From Lachnospiraceae bacterium (lineage in GTDB: Bacteria; Bacillota; Clostridia; Lachnospirales; Lachnospiraceae), in contig CAVBSU010000001.1 of the NCBI GenBank assembly GCA_963598245.1, positions 6,854-70,853 on the forward strand: a stretch of 64,000 nucleotides of DNA, written 5' to 3'. The translations under genes were made by a program, and so were the position numbers. Positions within the stretch are counted from its first letter, which is position 1. Each line of letters starts with the position of its first letter. Shown here one piece after another: positions 58,132 through 64,000 of this stretch. The notes beneath the pieces are model-generated. The model had not been told where the DNA came from. It worked only from the letters and a program-made list of their open reading frames with translations, and made no database searches.

Positions 58132-59346
58132 TTATTCCTCAATGCTTAAGTTTACATTCTCAAAGTTATCATTTGTGCACTTTGTGAAGTCGGTATCGAT
58201 TTCAACCTCGCCTGAGATAACTGATGCAAGAAGAGCCTCATACTCGGCAACTGTGTAGTTTTCCATGCTCCATGTAGCTGTCGGAAGGCCTGTAGCACCG
58301 TCAGATGCGCCAAGATTGGAGCAGTTCTCACCGTTGATTTCTGACCAGGTACCGTCATAGGACTTTCCTATAGCCCAGTAAGCTGCATTTCCTACTTCCT
58401 TAAGAGCAGATGTTATAACTGTATCTGACTCACCTGACTGGTCAGAGTCAACACCGATAACATATCCGTCATTTGCAGAAGCGGCTGCTGCGACTGAATC
58501 AAACATGGAACCTCCGCAGGAGAAGATGACCTCAGTACCTGTCTCATACCAGCCGGCTGCCATTGACTGAAGCTCCGGTGATGCTGAGAAGGATGAACCA
58601 TATGCCCAGCTGTATTTCATATCAACAGTAATTCCAAGCTCTTTTGCAGCTGCGTTTGCACCCTGCACATAGCCGTATCCGTAACGGCAGCATGCATCGT
58701 TAGTTCCTCCGCCGCCGCCCATGAAGCCAAGCTTTGTGAAGCCTTCTCTTACGGCTGCGTATCCTGCGAAGTATCCGCACTGCTCCTCATGGAATATAAT
58801 AGCTGCTACATTATCCTTGCCAAGTGACCATCCGTCAATGAATACGAAGTTTACATCCGGATAATCTGCTGCTGCCTTGTCAAGAGCAGTTCCCTGCATG
58901 AAGCCTGCCGCAACAACAACCTTTGCGCCACCCTCGGCAGCTGCCTTCATGGCATCATAACGGTCATCATCTGTTGCTTCTGAGCCATTTGCAGGCTGAT
59001 AGTACTTATAGCTTATGCCATGCTCGTCAGCATAAAGCTTTACTCCGTCATAGGTTCCCTGATTAAAGGACTTATCCTTAAGCTGCCCTACATCTGTTAC
59101 AAATGCAAGCTCATAGGTTCCGTCCTCTGATGTCATTGTATCAGGAATATCGTCAGCTGACTTTTCTGCCGTCTCGGCAGCTTCTGTTTCAGAAGCCTCT
59201 GTCTCCTCAGCTTTCTCAGTTTCTGCTGCAGCCTCTGTCTCCTCAGCTGCGGCTGCTGCGGTGGTTTCTGTTTTCGAGCCTGAACCGCAGGCAGCAAGTG
59301 AAAGCACCATGGCTGCGCTGAAAAGGATTGCTCCAAATTTTCTCAT
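58132..59346 (-). CDS. BMP-family (PnrA-like) ABC transporter substrate-binding lipoprotein
   Basis: Lipobox LSLAAC-GS, an acidic linker, then a BMP/Med-like fold (FVTDVGQLKDKSFNQG, GVDSDQS). Confidence 0.85.
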   Translation of the reverse strand: MRKFGAILFSAAMVLSLAACGSGSKTETTAAAAAEETEAAAETEKAEETEASETEAAETAEKSADDIPDTMTSEDGTYELAFVTDVGQLKDKSFNQGTYDGVKLYADEHGISYKYYQPANGSEATDDDRYDAMKAAAEGGAKVVVAAGFMQGTALDKAAADYPDVNFVFIDGWSLGKDNVAAIIFHEEQCGYFAGYAAVREGFTKLGFMGGGGGTNDACCRYGYGYVQGANAAAKELGITVDMKYSWAYGSSFSASPELQSMAAGWYETGTEVIFSCGGSMFDSVAAAASANDGYVIGVDSDQSGESDTVITSALKEVGNAAYWAIGKSYDGTWSEINGENCSNLGASDGATGLPTATWSMENYTVAEYEALLASVISGEVEIDTDFTKCTNDNFENVNLSIEE

Positions 59347-59596
59347 GTCTTTTTCCTCCCTTTTGGAAATAAAGATATAAAATTTCGGACAAATTGCCCG
59401 ATTGCTATTATATCATGTCCCCTGTCATTGTTCAACATAGCCATGAGGGAATGAAATTCATCTTTCTGAATATCTCTCCCCTGAAAAGTACTTAGAAAAA
59501 CTGACCGCCTGTATTATTTGTCCTTGCAATGTCTGTTTTTTGCATTTATAAATAATGAGCAACCGAAAATAGTCAGTAAAAGCGAAAGATTAAATT

Positions 59597-60664
59597 ATGA
59601 ACACAGATGCAACCCTCCACGCCGATACAAACGAAGGATATGTCACCGTCATAGGCGGCGTAAACATTGACATAGAAGCAAAATCCTTTAAAAGACTTAT
59701 TTATAAGGACTCAAATCCCGGAAATGTAAGCATTTCTCTCGGCGGTGTAGGCTTTAATATCGCCCGCAATCTGGGGCTTATGGGCACCAAAGTTGTTATG
59801 CTTACGGCACTTGCCGATGACAGTCACCTTGCACGCATAGAAAACGAGGCAAAAGGCTTTGACATAGATCTCAGCCGTGCCGTCCGTATTTCTGATGCCT
59901 CAAACCAGACTTATCTTTACATTTGCGGCCCGGACGGCGATATGGAGCTTGCTGTGAGCGATATGGAGCTTCTGCATTCCGTAGATTGTGCTTATATTGA
60001 ACATCATCTGGATGTGGTCAATGCCTCTTCTGCCGTAGTGGTGGACGCAAACCTTGATTCGCAAACCCTTGAATTTATCGCAGAACACTGCACCGTTCCG
60101 ATTTTCGCAGACCCGGTATCCGTAGCAAAGGCAGCCCGCATGAAAAATATCCTTGACAGGCTCTATGCCTTTAAACCAAACCTTATAGAGGGAGAGTTTT
60201 TAAGTGATTGCATTGCAGATAATTCAGACAAAGATACAAGTACCTGTATCAGTGACATCTCAGATAAGAATTTAAACGCCCCCACAGGTTTCAATAAAAA
60301 TAAACCTTATAAAGTAGCCTCACGGCTTAATGATATCGGAGTTAAACATCTGTTCTTAAGTCTCGGAAAGCACGGCGTTTGCTGCTCACGCGCTGCTTCA
60401 GATAAAATTTCCGGTGACAGACAGGAATTCTCCGACAAAATACACCATTTATTCATAAAACCCTGTATCACTGATGAAGTCATAAATGCTACAGGCGGCG
60501 GAGATGCAATGATGGCTGCCATAGTAAAGGGCTTTCTTCTCGGTTTTTCGGATGAAGACACCGCAAGCCTTGCACTCGCCGCTTCAGCTATGGCTGTCGA
60601 AAGCCCCGATACTATAAACAGAAGCATAACACTTGAAAAGCTTTTAAAAAGAGCAGGGCTTTAA
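59597..60664 (+). CDS. PfkB-family carbohydrate/nucleoside kinase (pseudouridine kinase-like)
   Basis: VIGGVNIDI...GGVGFNIARNL N-terminal block and NATGGGDAMMAA C-terminal PfkB signature, with a ~45-aa low-complexity insertion. Confidence 0.8.
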   Translation: MNTDATLHADTNEGYVTVIGGVNIDIEAKSFKRLIYKDSNPGNVSISLGGVGFNIARNLGLMGTKVVMLTALADDSHLARIENEAKGFDIDLSRAVRISDASNQTYLYICGPDGDMELAVSDMELLHSVDCAYIEHHLDVVNASSAVVVDANLDSQTLEFIAEHCTVPIFADPVSVAKAARMKNILDRLYAFKPNLIEGEFLSDCIADNSDKDTSTCISDISDKNLNAPTGFNKNKPYKVASRLNDIGVKHLFLSLGKHGVCCSRAASDKISGDRQEFSDKIHHLFIKPCITDEVINATGGGDAMMAAIVKGFLLGFSDEDTASLALAASAMAVESPDTINRSITLEKLLKRAGL

Positions 60665-60676
60665 ACCTCGCTCCTT

Positions 60677-62029
60677 TTATGTAAAATTCTTTTCCTTGCT
60701 TACAAACCTTGTGGTCTGTGCCTGCCAGTACAGACTTACTGTTCCGATAGGTCCGTTACGCTGCTTGGCTATAATGACCTCTGCCTCGCCCTTTTTCGGG
60801 CTGTCCTGATTATAGTACTCGTCTCTGTAAAGAAACATTACCATATCCGCATCCTGCTCTATGGCGCCGGATTCTCTCAAATCCGAGAGCATTGGTCGCT
60901 TATCGGTACGGCTCTCTACGGCTCTTGAAAGCTGTGACAGCGCTATTACGGGACAGTTTATATCTCTTGCAAGTATCTTCAAGCCTCTGGATATATCCGA
61001 GATTTCCTGCTGTCTGCTGTCGTTGCGCCTCATCCCTCCGCTGCTCATAAGCTGTAAATAGTCAATGATGACCATGTCCAGACCATGCTCCAGCTTTGCT
61101 TTTCTGCATTTGGATCTCAATGCCGCAAGCGTCAGATCTGAAGTGTCATCTATCATTATGTTGGAGCTTCCTATGCGATCTACAGTCTCCATAAGCCTCT
61201 CCCAGTCATCATCACTCAGATTTCCGGTTCTCAGATTTTGAGCGTCTATACCTGAGTCCATGGAAAACAGTCTGTTTACCAGCTGATCTCTGTTCATCTC
61301 AAGTGAAAAAATCATGCATGGACGATGCTTTTTTACGGCTACATATTCCAGTATGTTAAGCACAAATGCAGTCTTTCCCATCGCCGGACGGGCAGCCACC
61401 AGAATAAGCTCCGAACCATGAAAGCCCGTAGTCATATTGTCAAGATCAGTAAAGCCGGTGGCTATTCCGGTGATATGATCCTTGCTTTTGGCTGCCTCCT
61501 GGATTTTGTTAAATACCTCTACCGCGATATCATCTATTCCCGTAAGCTCGCTCTGCACTCCCACCTTTAAAACATCAAACACCCTGTGCTCGGTCTCCGC
61601 AAGTATGTCCTCCGTTTTTTCATTGTCATCGTAGCAAAGCGTGCTTATTGCTCCGCAGGTTTTTATAAGCTTTCGCTGAACCGCCTTATCTCTTACTATC
61701 TGCGCGTAAGCCTTTACATTGACCGATACGACATTAAATTCGAAAATATCCGTAAGAAACTCCGCGGTCTGCATCTCCTGCGGTGCTCCGTCCTTTGCCA
61801 GCTGTTCCTGTACTGTGACCAGATCTATGACTTTATCGTCATCATACAGCTTATGTATAGCCTCGAACATTATCGCGTAGCGTCTCGAATAAAAGTCGTC
61901 CCTGGTGAGTATCCCAAGAGCGGCTTCGACTGCGTCCTTATCCATAAGCATAGAGCCTATGACGGATTTTTCCGCTTCTATATTCTGCGGCTCCGTGCGC
62001 TGAAGTATGTTATTGCTTTCCTCTGCCAT
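60677..62029 (-). CDS. dnaB: replicative DNA helicase
   Basis: 450 aa with PQNIEAEKSVIGSML, Walker A ARPAMGKTAF and ALSQLSR. Confidence 0.95.
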   Translation of the reverse strand: MAEESNNILQRTEPQNIEAEKSVIGSMLMDKDAVEAALGILTRDDFYSRRYAIMFEAIHKLYDDDKVIDLVTVQEQLAKDGAPQEMQTAEFLTDIFEFNVVSVNVKAYAQIVRDKAVQRKLIKTCGAISTLCYDDNEKTEDILAETEHRVFDVLKVGVQSELTGIDDIAVEVFNKIQEAAKSKDHITGIATGFTDLDNMTTGFHGSELILVAARPAMGKTAFVLNILEYVAVKKHRPCMIFSLEMNRDQLVNRLFSMDSGIDAQNLRTGNLSDDDWERLMETVDRIGSSNIMIDDTSDLTLAALRSKCRKAKLEHGLDMVIIDYLQLMSSGGMRRNDSRQQEISDISRGLKILARDINCPVIALSQLSRAVESRTDKRPMLSDLRESGAIEQDADMVMFLYRDEYYNQDSPKKGEAEVIIAKQRNGPIGTVSLYWQAQTTRFVSKEKNFT

Positions 62030-62147
62030 TTATCTTCCTCGGCTTATCCCGAATTTTTGTCAAAGACCTTCATGTCTTTAACTGCCGGCCACTGCCGGCC
62101 ATCCGTCCTCCTTAAGGCTTGTTTCTTACCGGCTCCCGGGATTGGCG

Positions 62148-62594
62148 TCAGTCCTCACCGATAACCTCAACCTTCACCGAGGTCGTAATATCCTTATGAA
62201 GTTTAATCATTACCTCGGTAACTCCGAGACTTTTTATAGGCTCCATGACAATTTTCTTTTTGTCAATGTCTACACCAAGCTCCTTATTGATAACCTCAGC
62301 AACCTCCTTACTCGTTACAGAGCCGAAAATCTTTCCGTCCTTACCTGCCTTAATGCCTATTTTTACGGTCTTTCCGTCTGTTGCCGCTTTCATATCTCTG
62401 GCGTTTGCAACCTTTGCCGCCTCCAGCTTTTCCGCATTGGCATTCTGAAGCTTGAGGTCATTCAGATTCGCCTTATTCGCCTCAACACCAAGCCTGCGGG
62501 GGATTATATAATTTCTGGCATAGTTGTCATTGACCTTAACAATAGTTCCCTTTTTCCCGAGACTCTTTACATCCTCTATAAGAATTACCTGCAT
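62148..62594 (-). CDS. rplI: 50S ribosomal protein L9
   Basis: MQVILIEDVKSLGKKGTIVKVNDNYARNYIIP. Confidence 0.95.
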   Translation of the reverse strand: MQVILIEDVKSLGKKGTIVKVNDNYARNYIIPRRLGVEANKANLNDLKLQNANAEKLEAAKVANARDMKAATDGKTVKIGIKAGKDGKIFGSVTSKEVAEVINKELGVDIDKKKIVMEPIKSLGVTEVMIKLHKDITTSVKVEVIGED

Positions 62595-64000
62595 TATGAT
62601 ACATCTCCTTCACTGATCATTTCATCTATAACTTCTTTGACTTTTTCTCTTGCTTCCGTAAGCGTCATGCCCTTAAGCTGCGCTCCCGCGACGGACATAT
62701 GGCCTCCGCCTCCGAGCTTTTCTGCCATTACCTGTACATTCACATCGTCAATGCTTCGTGCAGATACATATATCTGTTCTCCCACCTGTGTCATAACAAT
62801 TGCTGCCTTTATGCCGTCTATTTCCAAAAGGCTGTTGGCTGCCTGTGCTCCGATAACCGTCGGAGAGTCTGCCAGCAGGGCGTCGCACTCACTTATGGCA
62901 AAATGCTCTCTGTATATCTCGGCCTTGTCTACCGCATCAGCCTTTGCCTTATAATCATTAAGGCTGTCTCTGAACATCTTGCGCACTCTTATGGTATTGG
63001 CTCCCGCTCTCTTAAGGAAGGCAGCCGCTTCAAAGGTTCTTACGCCGGTCTGGTTTGTGAAATTCTGCGTATCAATGGTAATGCCGCCGTACATGGCATC
63101 TGCTTCGAGTGATGTAAGCTTCACATCCATTCCTATATACTGAATGATCTCCGTAATCATTTCACAGGCTGATGACGCATATGGCTCTATATAAGTAAGT
63201 ACGGCATTATCGATGGCTTCCGTCGTTTTTCTGTGATGGTCTACCACCGTGACATTGCCCGCTTTTGAGAGAAGCCCGGGCTCTTCGATTATCTGAGGTC
63301 TGTTGACATCGACTACCGCCACTACGGTCTGTCTGTCTACCAGCTCAAGTGCCTTATCTCCGTCTATGAAAAGATCCTCGGGATAGTCTTCATTGCCGAT
63401 AAAACGGTCATAGAGCGGGGAAAGCGAACGCGACGGCTTCCCCATGCAAATCCATGCTTTTTTACCGAAGGTGGTGGCTATGCGCCAGAATCCGATGCAG
63501 GCTCCGAGGCTGTCCACATCTGCGTTTTTGTGCCCCATGACTATGAGTTTATCGCAGGTGTTAAGCAAATCTCTCAATGCCTGTGCCTTTACTCTCGCCT
63601 TTACTCTGGCATGCTTTTCCTTGGCTTCTGTCTTTCCTCCGAAGAATACGACCTCTTCTCCGTCCTTTAAAACCGCCTGATCTCCGCCTCTTCCGAGGGC
63701 GAATTCTATGGCTGCCCTTGCAGACTCGTAGTTGTCGTTATAATCTTTTCCCGATTTTCCCACACCTATGCTTATGGTAATATCCATATCATTTCCGATA
63801 TTGATAGTCTTTACCTCGTCAAGGATGGAAAACCTGTCTTCTATCATTCTGTCGACATCCTTTTCCTTCATAAAGAAGAAATATTTGTCCTTTTCCAGCT
63901 TCTTTACGATTCCGTTAAGCGAGTTTATATATCCGCTTATCCGCCTGTCCACCAATGCCGTGAGCAGGCTGCGGCGCACCTCCTCTACGGATGCAAGTGC
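62594..64000 (-). CDS. gdpP: GdpP-type c-di-AMP phosphodiesterase (DHH/DHHA1), 5' end outside the window
   Basis: Degenerate GGDEF-like domain (GGDQAV), DHH motifs (HKNADVDSLG, VVDHHR) and GGGH. The frame stays open to the window edge. Conserved gdpP-rplI-dnaB order. Confidence 0.8.
   Translation of the reverse strand, partial: ALASVEEVRRSLLTALVDRRISGYINSLNGIVKKLEKDKYFFFMKEKDVDRMIEDRFSILDEVKTINIGNDMDITISIGVGKSGKDYNDNYESARAAIEFALGRGGDQAVLKDGEEVVFFGGKTEAKEKHARVKARVKAQALRDLLNTCDKLIVMGHKNADVDSLGACIGFWRIATTFGKKAWICMGKPSRSLSPLYDRFIGNEDYPEDLFIDGDKALELVDRQTVVAVVDVNRPQIIEEPGLLSKAGNVTVVDHHRKTTEAIDNAVLTYIEPYASSACEMITEIIQYIGMDVKLTSLEADAMYGGITIDTQNFTNQTGVRTFEAAAFLKRAGANTIRVRKMFRDSLNDYKAKADAVDKAEIYREHFAISECDALLADSPTVIGAQAANSLLEIDGIKAAIVMTQVGEQIYVSARSIDDVNVQVMAEKLGGGGHMSVAGAQLKGMTLTEAREKVKEVIDEMISEGDVS

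Noticed and set aside
62142-62954. 270-aa plus-strand ORF
   Set aside because: It is entirely antisense to rplI and gdpP, which have unambiguous motifs. Its composition is low-complexity Leu/Ser/Ile-rich, typical of a shadow ORF.
1-64000. Mobile element, prophage, defence island or toxin-antitoxin module
   Set aside because: I recognised no integrase, transposase, recombinase, restriction/modification, Cas, abortive-infection or TA-like proteins. The tRNA loci are not flanked by direct repeats or foreign-looking genes. Composition looks uniform by eye.

Overview
This is a chromosomal, mostly core-genome segment of a Firmicute. The protein content looks Clostridia or Lachnospiraceae-like, but that is inference only. 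I call about 60 CDS and 3 tRNAs, and see no rRNA, CRISPR array, transposase, integrase or phage genes. The main landmarks, in window order:
- a thioredoxin-like / CXXC micropeptide / polyferredoxin / ClC gene string
- a GGDEF-EAL gene
- clpB behind a CIRCE operator
- aconitase, then rarA
- ribD-E-BA-H behind an FMN riboswitch
- rpmG-secE-nusG-rplK-A-J-L
- nhaC
- an OmpR-type two-component pair
- a complete aromatic supraoperon, aroF-tyrA-aroB-aroA-aroC-pheA-aroE/K-aroQ
- cstA, thrE-like genes and gdhA
- a DUF1538 plus PII-like pair
- ftsH and a radical SAM gene
- GT2 plus thiamine pyrophosphokinase
- BCCT, mscL and Fe-ADH genes
- Wzz-like and sugar-transferase genes
- tRNA-Asn and tRNA-Glu
- a BMP lipoprotein and a PfkB kinase
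- dnaB-rplI-gdpP

I found no clear multi-gene novel system such as a defence island. The signals that ordinary annotation does not explain are:
1. A 22-codon Phe/Tyr-rich leader ORF with antiterminator/terminator logic upstream of the aromatic operon.
2. A perfect 119-bp tandem repeat (about 2.2 copies) with dense RNA-like self-complementarity, in the leader of the GT2-thiN operon.
3. A fused double-DUF1538 membrane protein followed by a fused double PII-like protein.
4. An unlisted 50-aa CXXC micro-ORF inside a membrane redox gene string.
5. A C10 homopolymer in the leader of the c-di-GMP gene.

All functional calls come from reading motifs by eye. No database search was run.
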